From NCBI GenBank assembly GCA_022710685.1, contig JAKLGM010000016.1, positions 1-24,697 of the forward strand: 24,697 bases of DNA. The letters run 5' to 3'. A model generated the notes under the pieces. The model made no database searches. It was not told the origin of the DNA and saw nothing but the letters and a program-made list of their open reading frames with translations. This stretch comes from Patescibacteria group bacterium (GTDB lineage: Bacteria; Patescibacteriota; Patescibacteriia; Patescibacteriales; UBA12465). The position numbers were made by a program, and so were the translations under genes. Shown here one piece after another: positions 15,334-22,362 of this stretch. Every line of letters begins with the position of its first letter. The stretch's first letter is position 1.

Positions 15334-15366
15334 AATATATTATTTTACCTCCCAACCCTATCTCAT

Positions 15367-15403
15367 AATTAGACTACTATATCAGTATTATAGTAGTCTA
15401 ATT
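15367..15403. promoter_or_regulatory. 15-bp perfect inverted repeat (AATTAGACTACTATA-n7-TATAGTAGTCTAATT) between the AI-2E gene stop and tRNA-Trp
   Basis: Read directly. No U-tract follows on the minus strand, so it is not a canonical terminator. It overlaps candidate -35/-10 (TATAAT) elements of the tRNA-Trp promoter region. Confidence 0.35.
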
Positions 15404-15426
15404 GATAACGTCAATTGATAGAAAAA

Positions 15427-16551
15427 CTACTTCTTCTTCCCGCCCTTCAACCACAGCATCAATTTGCTCTCGCCTAATTTCTTTTTCTCTGCCTCTTCCC
15501 TCTTAGCCATCAGCGCTTCCTCTTCTTCGGTAACTAGACCGTATTCTACCTCATAGATATGGAAAATAGTAATAGCCAAAGAGATGATGAGCGGACCAAT
15601 AACGATACCCCAGAAGCCAAAGAGAGTGACGCCGCCAAAGATGGAAAAGAGAACGAAAACCGGATTGACATGGGCCTTGCCCTGGATCATGTAGGTACGG
15701 ATGATATTGTCGGTATTGCCGATAATGACCGCACCCCAAAGCAGGATAAAGATGCCTTGCCAGATCTGTCCCGTGGCTAGAAGATAGATGCCTGTCGGGA
15801 CATAAATCAACATGGAACCGATATAAGGTAAAAGCGAAGTAAAACCGATTAATAAACCCGGGAAGAAAGCCGGCAAACCAATAATAGCAAAACCGATAGC
15901 ACCAACTATACCCTGGGCGGCAGCCGTCACAAAGGTGGAAATAATAGTAGAATAGCTGACATCTTTGAATTTCTTAAATATCCGTCTATTATGCTTGTCC
16001 GGCAAAGGTGACCACAACATTAATTTCTGCAGCATCCTGTCGCCGTCGCGGAAAAAGAAAAACATCGTAAAAATTATCAAGAACAAAGAAACAAAGAAAT
16101 TAGTAGTTCCTTTAACAATGGCAGTTGCGGCCGTCACCATCCAATCACTAGACTTCTTAGCAAGGTCTAAAAGAAAATTCTTCAAAGTGCTATTATCCAA
16201 GCCGGTCATCCCTAACTTATCCAAATAGCCATCCTGAATAATATTATTATTCTGCGCTAGAAACTGGACAGTATTGTTATAGGCGGTAACGGACTTCTTG
16301 CCGGCGATAATCATCACCTGGCTCAACGGGAAGATAATAAGGACAACAGCTGTCAGGCACATGATTAAAGCGGCTAGATTGCGGCTGCCACCCAGAAAAG
16401 CCATTAATTTGACATAAGGCTTATAGAGGATGGAAACTAAAACAGCGGCGATGAGTAACTCAATCAAAAAAGGCCGAAAGACAATATAACAAGCAATCAA
16501 CACTAAAGCCACCAACAAGAGCAAGAAAGGCTTGGTTAGTTTGTTGTCCAT
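15427..16551 (-). CDS. AI-2E family transporter (UPF0118/PerM-like permease)
   Basis: 374 aa with about 8 TM helices, a conserved central loop, and the typical charged C-terminal tail (EEEEALMAKREEAEKKK). Confidence 0.85.
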   Translation of the reverse strand: MDNKLTKPFLLLLVALVLIACYIVFRPFLIELLIAAVLVSILYKPYVKLMAFLGGSRNLAALIMCLTAVVLIIFPLSQVMIIAGKKSVTAYNNTVQFLAQNNNIIQDGYLDKLGMTGLDNSTLKNFLLDLAKKSSDWMVTAATAIVKGTTNFFVSLFLIIFTMFFFFRDGDRMLQKLMLWSPLPDKHNRRIFKKFKDVSYSTIISTFVTAAAQGIVGAIGFAIIGLPAFFPGLLIGFTSLLPYIGSMLIYVPTGIYLLATGQIWQGIFILLWGAVIIGNTDNIIRTYMIQGKAHVNPVFVLFSIFGGVTLFGFWGIVIGPLIISLAITIFHIYEVEYGLVTEEEEALMAKREEAEKKKLGESKLMLWLKGGKKK

Positions 16552-16577
16552 ATTTTTTTAGTTAATAGACATTTTAA

Positions 16578-16733
16578 TTATTTGGTTTCTTTGTGGAGGG
16601 TATGCTTGCGGCAAGTATTGCAGAACTTATTCATCTCTAATCTCTCCTTCAAAATCTTTTTGTTTTTGTGGGAGTTATAGTTGACAGTTTTGCACTCGGT
16701 GCATTCCAACTTGATCATGTTGTCTTGCGACAT
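16578..16733 (-). CDS. rpmG: 50S ribosomal protein L33
   Basis: 51-aa [54 protein letters not shown]. It carries the L33 zinc-ribbon CxxC..CxxC and the diagnostic [10 protein letters not shown]-terminus. Not in the ORF track (under 60 aa). An extended -10 TGTATAAT lies about 60 nt upstream. Confidence 0.85.
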   Translation of the reverse strand: MSQDNMIKLECTECKTVNYNSHKNKKILKERLEMNKFCNTCRKHTLHKETK

Positions 16734-16846
16734 AAGGCTGATAACGCCAAAAACATAAAGAGCCTAAAACGCTGTCCATGTCTTAGCTGTTCTTAATTAT
16801 TATACATCTAATATATAATATAGCTGATAAAAAGTCAATTTTAGGG

Positions 16847-17713
16847 CTATTTTTGACAATGGGGGCAAAAATGGGTCCCGCGGCCCGCGACCTTAATCTT
16901 CTGGATAATACCGCCGCAATTATAGCATTTCTCTTTATTCCGGCCATAAACCTGCAATTTGGCTGAAAAACCGCCACGACGGCCCGAGCCATCACGATAG
17001 TCGCTGAAAGTAGTACCACGATGCTTGACGGCCGAACGGATAAGCGGGCTAATAACCTGGAAAAGCTTCTCTATCTCTGCCTTCTTCAAGCTGCTAGCTC
17101 GGCGGCTGGGCTTAATGCCAGCTAAGAATAAGGCTTCATCAGCATAGATATTCCCTAAACCAGAAATCAAAGACTGATCCAGAAGCAAGGCCTTGATATT
17201 TTTTGTCCGGCCAGAAATAACAGCGGCAAAATCAACTAGCTTGAAACCGGGAGTCAGAGGCTCAATGCCATAGCGCTGCTTGATTTGTTCCAACTCAGAT
17301 CTTTTTACTATCTTTAAATAACCAAAGCGGCGCTGATCATTGAAAAACAAATCAGAACCACCGGCCAAGGAAAAATAGACCCGGGTCGTTTTGTTCGGTA
17401 ACTTGTCGCCGCCCAGAAGATTCTTCAGGCTATGACCCCCGGCTATCACCTTCCCCCTGTCTAAATAGATCAACTGCCCCGTCATCTTGAGATGGATTAA
17501 TAAAAAATAATCTTGGCCCACAAAAGACAAGATTAACAACTTCCCCACCCGGCTGATGTCAGCAAACTTCTGCCCTTGAATCAAGGACACAAACTTCCGG
17601 GCGAAAGGAAAAACAGTTTTAGACGAGAGAACTTTGACGGCCACGATTTTGCGGTGCAAAATAACTTGGGCCAAATCGCGTCTGATAGTCTCCACTTCGG
17701 GCAACTCCGGCAT
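16847..17713 (-). CDS. mutM: Formamidopyrimidine-DNA glycosylase (Fpg/MutM)
   Basis: N-terminal MPELPEVE catalytic motif, H2TH region, and C-terminal zinc finger CYNCGG..CPHCQK. Confidence 0.9.
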   Translation of the reverse strand: MPELPEVETIRRDLAQVILHRKIVAVKVLSSKTVFPFARKFVSLIQGQKFADISRVGKLLILSFVGQDYFLLIHLKMTGQLIYLDRGKVIAGGHSLKNLLGGDKLPNKTTRVYFSLAGGSDLFFNDQRRFGYLKIVKRSELEQIKQRYGIEPLTPGFKLVDFAAVISGRTKNIKALLLDQSLISGLGNIYADEALFLAGIKPSRRASSLKKAEIEKLFQVISPLIRSAVKHRGTTFSDYRDGSGRRGGFSAKLQVYGRNKEKCYNCGGIIQKIKVAGRGTHFCPHCQK

Positions 17714-17714
17714 A

Positions 17715-17825
17715 CTATTTAATTAAATAAAGCACCAAGCCAATGACCAGCAGCAGCAAGACCAAGACGCCCAAGATCTTCATGATGCTCCGGCCAATTT
17801 TATTGGAATTAATGAAATAAGGCAT
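17715..17825 (-). CDS. Candidate 36-aa hydrophobic micro-protein whose stop codon abuts the mutM ATG
   Basis: ORF MPYFINSNKIGRSIMKILGVLVLLLLVIGLVLYLIK (a possible alternative start at the internal Met gives 22 aa). Its TAG ends 1 nt before the mutM ATG. A TATAAT-like element lies about 13 nt upstream. Highly speculative. Confidence 0.2.
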   Translation of the reverse strand: MPYFINSNKIGRSIMKILGVLVLLLLVIGLVLYLIK

Positions 17826-17875
17826 AGAAAATAATATTATATCTACCATTAAACCAGAAAAAGCTCTGGGGGTCA

Positions 17876-17908
17876 ATAAAAAACAACCCTAGAATCAGGG
17901 TTGTTTTG
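17876..17908 (-). terminator. Rho-independent terminator immediately 3' of tRNA-Tyr
   Basis: AACAACCCT-agaatc-AGGGTTGTT. On the minus strand it is followed by TTTTTTATT. Confidence 0.65.
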
Positions 17909-17991
17909 TGGGCCGGGCAGGATTCGGACCTGCGAAGGCGCGAGCCAGCAGATTTACAGTCTGCCCCAGTTGACCGCTTTGGTACCGACCC
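17909..17991 (-). tRNA. tRNA-Tyr (anticodon GTA), long variable arm
   Basis: Reverse complement GGGTCGG-TA-CCAA-AGCGGTCAACTGG-GGCAGA-CTGTAAA-TCTGC-(long variable arm TGGCTCGCGCCTTCGC)-AGG-TCCGAAT-CCTG-CCCGGCCC-A. The architecture parallels E. coli tRNA-Tyr. CCA is not encoded. Confidence 0.8.
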
Positions 17992-18012
17992 AATATGAAA
18001 ACAATATATACA

Positions 18013-18040
18013 ATTTTACACAATAAAAACAGATTGTCAA
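18013..18040 (-). promoter_or_regulatory. Promoter for tRNA-Tyr: TTGACA, 16 nt, extended -10 TGTAAAAT
   Basis: On the minus strand: TTGACA (18040-18035), then TG-TAAAAT (18020-18013), about 22 nt upstream of the tRNA 5' end. Confidence 0.4.
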
Positions 18041-18060
18041 ATAAACCGACAATCCAATAA

Positions 18061-18477
18061 CTAGGCGCCGACTATATTCCCTAAAATAAATCTGACAGCA
18101 GCGTAAGAAGTAAAAATGATAACCAAACCAATCGCCGCCCACATCAGAATATCTCTACCCTGAGCTATCTTCTTTTCATTGCCGGCCGCCATCATCCAAA
18201 CTAAGCCGCCCCAGATAAACATCAATAAAGCCACCGAGCCTAAGACGCCCAAGATAGCGCTAATAATCTTACCAATTAGTTGCTGGAAGGTGCTGACGCC
18301 CAAAGGATTATCTATGGAAACCGGAGTGCCATAACTAGCCATAACGTCAGAGCTATTATTCTCATTACTAACAGCACCACTAATTCCGCCCGCAACCCCG
18401 CCTTGCGCCAAGGCCGAAGTGGCCGCCAAAAGTAGAAAGGCCAGAAAGATAATGGGAATAATAATTTTTTTAGTCAT
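18061..18477 (-). CDS. Small secreted two-helix membrane protein, TrbC/VirB2-like (T4SS-pilin-like) family; paralog 1
   Basis: Signal peptide MTKKIIIPIIFLAFLLLAATSALA. G/S-rich variable region. Conserved NPLGVSTFQQLIGKIISAILGVLGSVALLMFIWGGLVWMMAAGNEKKIAQGRDILMWAAIGLVIIFTSYAAV two-helix hairpin. The track ORF starts 5 codons earlier at a TTG. The ATG at 18477 is preferred. Confidence 0.7.
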   Translation of the reverse strand: MTKKIIIPIIFLAFLLLAATSALAQGGVAGGISGAVSNENNSSDVMASYGTPVSIDNPLGVSTFQQLIGKIISAILGVLGSVALLMFIWGGLVWMMAAGNEKKIAQGRDILMWAAIGLVIIFTSYAAVRFILGNIVGA

Positions 18478-18501
18478 ATTTTTGTAAAACAAAATAATTA
18501 A

Positions 18502-18960
18502 TTAAGCGCCGATAACATCGCTGATCAGGAACTTGACGGCGGCATAAGAGGTAAAGACAACCGCCATGCCAATAGCCGCCCAGATCAAAATATCACGACC
18601 CTGGGAAACCTTTTTCTCATTACCAGCGGCTGTCATCCAAATGAAACCGCCATAGATGAACATCAAGAGCGCAATAGTACCGATAATGCCTAAGACGGCG
18701 CTGATGATTTTACCAACCAACTGTTGCGGCTTAGTAACCGTGCCCAAGGGATTGGTAAAGGTAACGCTGGACCGTTCAGTGCTCTTTTCTGCTTTAGTGG
18801 TAGTGCACATTACCTGCGGTGTAGCCCCAACCATTACAGTTATCTGCTCCTGCCCCTCCGGACAAGTCCCAGAAGTCCCAGATTGGGCTAAGGCCAAGGG
18901 AGCAATGAAAAAAGATACAAAAGCTAAAAAAGAAACAGAAATGATAGTTTTTCTAAGCAT
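18502..18960 (-). CDS. Small secreted two-helix membrane protein, TrbC/VirB2-like (T4SS-pilin-like) family; paralog 2
   Basis: Signal peptide MLRKTIISVSFLAFVSFFIAPLALA. Cys-containing variable region. Conserved NPLGTVTKPQQLVGKIISAVLGIIGTIALLMFIYGGFIWMTAAGNEKKVSQGRDILIWAAIGMAVVFTSYAAV. The same TTGTTTTACAAAAAT-ATG leader as paralog 1. Confidence 0.7.
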   Translation of the reverse strand: MLRKTIISVSFLAFVSFFIAPLALAQSGTSGTCPEGQEQITVMVGATPQVMCTTTKAEKSTERSSVTFTNPLGTVTKPQQLVGKIISAVLGIIGTIALLMFIYGGFIWMTAAGNEKKVSQGRDILIWAAIGMAVVFTSYAAVKFLISDVIGA

Positions 18961-19014
18961 ATTTTTGTAAAACAAGAGAATTAATAACTACTTATATTAA
19001 ACCATATTTTGGGA

Positions 19015-19046
19015 AATAAAAAAAGGGGGTTTTGTGAACCCCCTTT
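19015..19046 (-). terminator. Rho-independent terminator after the SPFH-partner gene
   Basis: GGGGGTT-ttgtg-AACCCCC. On the minus strand it is followed by TTTTTTTATTT. Confidence 0.75.
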
Positions 19047-19054
19047 AGGTAACT

Positions 19055-19924
19055 TTATTGCCGGTAAAGCATCAAACTTATCGTTTGCGCTTTGTTGGCT
19101 TTGATATAAAACGTCGCATGATCACGGTGCCCCAGGTCAACTTCGCTCGGACTAGCGCCTCTGACTTTAGTGCCATCGTCAAATACCATAATGTAGTCAA
19201 AGTTCGGATCACTAGAAGTGACTTCGTAGTGAATGAGCTCGGTCGGGTCAATGGCAATCCAGTGAGTTTTGCCTCCAGCCTTCAAGTTGAAGACATAGGG
19301 GGTACTCCGGACGTGGTAGATAACTTTGTCTTGTGAATCCAGGAGCGGCTCGTTCCAGCAAGTATCGGCGTTGACGGGGTGGATAAAATATTCCAGACCA
19401 TCGTTAGAAACCTTGATGGTAGCTATATCTTCCACGTAATCGCGGGAGTAGATATAACCTTTGTCTTGGTTGGTAAACGCCTTGAAATTGCCGTCAGCGT
19501 CGTAATAATTCTGCGTATAGTGCTGCGCGATATGAATGCCCAAGAACAGAAAGAGTGCCAGAGCAGTGGTGTTACCCTTACTCTGAACAGCTGAATCTAA
19601 AACATAGAGCAGGCCGGCAGCGGCACAGAAAATAACGACGGTCTTGGCCCAGAAGTCCCAACCTGGACTGGCAAACCACACGCTGTGATCAAACCAGATC
19701 CAGGAGGCTAAGAGACTGGTAAAGTAGGCAACGCCCAGGCAGAAGAAAAATTTGCCTAAACGAAACAATTTACTGTCCTTGTTATCCTGGTACCAAGCCA
19801 CAAATTTGTCCCAACGGCTCAAACCGTTATTAGCCTCATTAGCGGCATTTGGTGTTGTCGGAGAAGGAGTTCTGTGATGTAGACTCCCCCTCTCTCTTCC
19901 TTTTTTGAATGGTGAATCTTTCAT
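19055..19924 (-). CDS. Membrane protein co-transcribed downstream of the SPFH gene (possible NfeD-like partner)
   Basis: 289 aa. Basic/Pro-rich cytoplasmic N-terminus, about 3 TM helices, and a ~160-aa beta-rich C-terminal domain. A perfect SD (AAGGAGG) lies 8 nt before the ATG, 20 nt after the SPFH stop. Confidence 0.75.
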   Translation of the reverse strand: MKDSPFKKGRERGSLHHRTPSPTTPNAANEANNGLSRWDKFVAWYQDNKDSKLFRLGKFFFCLGVAYFTSLLASWIWFDHSVWFASPGWDFWAKTVVIFCAAAGLLYVLDSAVQSKGNTTALALFLFLGIHIAQHYTQNYYDADGNFKAFTNQDKGYIYSRDYVEDIATIKVSNDGLEYFIHPVNADTCWNEPLLDSQDKVIYHVRSTPYVFNLKAGGKTHWIAIDPTELIHYEVTSSDPNFDYIMVFDDGTKVRGASPSEVDLGHRDHATFYIKANKAQTISLMLYRQ

Positions 19925-19944
19925 TGTTTATTCCTCCTTCGGTT

Positions 19945-21105
19945 TTATGATTTTGCAATATTGCTTCCAGTCTGGGCCAAAATACCCAGCTCCACAAATT
20001 TTTTCAGCATGGAATCAGGCAGGGCATTTTCAAGTACCACCGTCTTGTCTCCCAAGCTTTCCCACTTCTTCAGCTCAACAATCATTTCCTTAGCTTCCTG
20101 CGGGGTAATACCGCCGCTTTTCGCTAAAGAATTGATTTTCTTGGCTAGGGCATTACCCTGGAGTTCAACGCTTTTAGCATCGCCTTTGGCTCTTTTGACA
20201 GTAGCTTCGGCATCAGCTTCGGCATTGAGGACGGTAGTTTTTTTCTGGATCTGGGCGGCCTCAAATTCCTCTGAAGCTACCAGCTTCTTTTCCCTGGCCT
20301 GCTGGATGTGTTCCGGAATTTCAATATCCGAAACAGTCAGCTTGGTTACTTCCACTCCCCAGCCGTCAGAAATTTCCGTGAAAAATAATCTGTCTTTGAA
20401 TCTTTTTCTTTCAGTAGACACGATCTTGTTCAGGTCGGTAATTAATTTAACCCTTTCTTCGTTTGACAGGCCTTTAGTGACCTTGCCGGCAGCTTTCATT
20501 TTCTCTACCTCTTCGTAGTAAATGATAACCGCGGGAAGATCCATCAGGTGCTTGTCCATATTGGCCTCATCCAAATTGTAGAGACCGCAAGTGGCGCGTA
20601 AAGCTCCTTCCAAACGAGCGGCCGTACTGAGAACAAAATCATCAATTGCATACGTTGCCTTGAGGGAATCAATTACCCGAAAGTGGATGCTTGATTTCAC
20701 CTTGGTCGAAGCGTCATGAAAGTCAATTTTGTCTTCCGGATCTTCATAGAATAGGGGATAGTTGGTTTCAGCCATGTCGATAAGTTCACGGCATTTCATC
20801 AGACCGAAAATTGAAATGGCTATATGGAGACCTGATTTCCAGGTTGCCATATATTCGCCATTTAATTCCACGATCATCTCATGGTTTTCCGGTACTGTAG
20901 TCCAGCCCCGGTAAATGGTAATGGCAGCCGAGATAATTACGGCAGCGGTAAAGATTGCTACGGCCCAGCCAAAGCTCAGCCAAATTGAAGCGACTGCTGC
21001 AATAGCAGCGCAGAGGATTAAATCCAGGGCTATGAACCCGATCCACCAAATGGTAGGGTCAGCCGGATTTTTCCTGATTGCGGTAATACGGTCATTTGCT
21101 TTCAT
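19945..21105 (-). CDS. SPFH/band-7 domain protein (stomatin/flotillin/HflKC superfamily)
   Basis: N-terminal TM segment, an SPFH core (EVTKLTVSDIEIPEHIQQA...), and a long Ala/Glu/Lys-rich coiled-coil C-terminus. Confidence 0.9.
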   Translation of the reverse strand: MKANDRITAIRKNPADPTIWWIGFIALDLILCAAIAAVASIWLSFGWAVAIFTAAVIISAAITIYRGWTTVPENHEMIVELNGEYMATWKSGLHIAISIFGLMKCRELIDMAETNYPLFYEDPEDKIDFHDASTKVKSSIHFRVIDSLKATYAIDDFVLSTAARLEGALRATCGLYNLDEANMDKHLMDLPAVIIYYEEVEKMKAAGKVTKGLSNEERVKLITDLNKIVSTERKRFKDRLFFTEISDGWGVEVTKLTVSDIEIPEHIQQAREKKLVASEEFEAAQIQKKTTVLNAEADAEATVKRAKGDAKSVELQGNALAKKINSLAKSGGITPQEAKEMIVELKKWESLGDKTVVLENALPDSMLKKFVELGILAQTGSNIAKS

Positions 21106-21404
21106 GGTTTATGCTGTTTTTTCGTTATTATTCTGTGATTTTTATTCGGTTTTCAAAGAAAACTGATAACTAAATTATATCATAATTATCATATTTTGTC
21201 AATATATTACAGAAAAATAACAAATATACTGGCTTTTTTGCCCCCAACCACAACCCAAGCAAAAAAATATCTGGCCAGTCACCCTGCCCCGCTATTGGCT
21301 AAATTGGATTTAACTGATAAGCTAAGGGTAAGAATCATTTTAGAAAAATAGTCGAGTTTCACAAAATCATTCAAATTACAAAAATTATCACTCATCATAA
21401 AACT

Positions 21405-21602
21405 ATGACCGGTATTATCAAAAAGAAGACTGACAAAGGCTTCGGTTTCATTACCTCCCCGGAATCTGAGAAAGATTTTTTCTTTCACAGCAACGGTTTA
21501 GTCGGTGTAACTTTCAATGACTTACAAGAAGGCGACAAAGTTACTTTCGACACCGAAGAATCCCCGAAGGGCATCAATGCTATCAATGTTCAGTTAGCTT
21601 AA
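21405..21602 (+). CDS. Cold-shock protein (CspA family)
   Basis: MTGIIKKKTDKGFGFITSPESEKDFFFHSNGL...NDLQEGDKVTFDTEESPKGINAINVQ carries the RNP1 (KGFGFI) and RNP2 (FFFH) motifs. It is preceded by a ~250-nt AT-rich leader. Confidence 0.9.
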   Translation: MTGIIKKKTDKGFGFITSPESEKDFFFHSNGLVGVTFNDLQEGDKVTFDTEESPKGINAINVQLA

Positions 21603-21612
21603 TACTCCAATA

Positions 21613-21650
21613 AAAAAACTCCCAGGTTCTGCCTGGGAGTTTTTTATTTA
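21613..21650. terminator. Strong bidirectional rho-independent terminator between csp (+) and the GT2 gene (-)
   Basis: ACTCCCAGG-ttctg-CCTGGGAGT with a 9-bp stem, A-run before and T-run after. Confidence 0.8.
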
Positions 21651-21667
21651 TAATAATAGTAATAGAG

Positions 21668-22357
21668 CTATCTAAAGAATCTTTCCCTTATCAAGGTCTT
21701 AAGGGCCAAAATCCCATCTTTGGCTTTTATCTTTTTACCCTCGCGGTATCCTCGACGAAAATAACTAATAGGTAGTTCTTTAATCTTATAGCCATTTTTT
21801 AATAGTTGCGCTGTAATTTCTGGCTCAATCTCAAATCGACCACCGCTCAAATTCAATTTTGGCAGGGCGGCTGATGGTATCAGCTTAAAACAAGTCTCCA
21901 TATCTGTTAAATGAGATTTAAACAAAAAATTAGTAAAACCAGTCAGAAACTTATTAACAAAATAATGGAAGACTAGCGGTTTTTTATTTAAAAAACGCGA
22001 GCCATAAAAAGCGCTATTACTATCGTCTTCTTTCTCCGCTTCCAAAAATAATTTTATAATATCAACTGGATCATATTCCAAATCAGCGTCACAAACTATA
22101 AAATAATCTCCCCTAATCTCTTCCAGGCCGCGCTTAATAGCGACTCCCTTGCCTTTATTAGTAGGCTGAGTTATCAACTTAAACGCATGTTGATACCTTG
22201 GGTCACTCAAGATTCTACCAGTAGCATCGGTCGACCCATCATTAACTACAACAATCTCCTTATTGATTTCCAGGTCTAAAACTGACTGCAAAGAAGCCGC
22301 CACTACTTTTTCTTCGTTATAAACCGGGATAATAATTGATAATAACTTTCCGGGCAT
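21668..22357 (-). CDS. Family 2 glycosyltransferase, polyprenyl-phosphate sugar synthase type (DPM1/ArnC-like)
   Basis: LSIIIPVYNEE ... VVVNDGSTD ... IVCDADLEYDP (DXD motifs) in about 229 aa. Starts 5 nt after the upstream GT-C gene stop. Confidence 0.85.
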   Translation of the reverse strand: MPGKLLSIIIPVYNEEKVVAASLQSVLDLEINKEIVVVNDGSTDATGRILSDPRYQHAFKLITQPTNKGKGVAIKRGLEEIRGDYFIVCDADLEYDPVDIIKLFLEAEKEDDSNSAFYGSRFLNKKPLVFHYFVNKFLTGFTNFLFKSHLTDMETCFKLIPSAALPKLNLSGGRFEIEPEITAQLLKNGYKIKELPISYFRRGYREGKKIKAKDGILALKTLIRERFFR

Positions 22358-22362
22358 AAAAG

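Noticed and set aside
15551-16228. Three short ORFs overlapping the AI-2E transporter gene
   Set aside because: They are alternative-frame or antisense overlaps with no signals.
16783-17019. 78-aa minus-strand ORF
   Set aside because: It overlaps the 3' end of mutM in another frame and runs into the rpmG promoter region.
17954-18142. 62-aa minus-strand ORF
   Set aside because: It spans the tRNA-Tyr 5' region, its promoter and the 3' end of the pilin-like gene, so it is spurious.
18656-18970. 104-aa plus-strand ORF
   Set aside because: It is antisense to pilin-like paralog 2.
19058-21166. Plus-strand ORFs of 92, 71, 62, 185 and 83 aa
   Set aside because: All are antisense to the SPFH gene or its partner. 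The 185-aa one is a Ser/Ala-rich low-complexity mirror of the coiled-coil region.
21279-21488. 69-aa minus-strand ORF
   Set aside because: It overlaps the csp start and leader, whereas csp is unambiguous.
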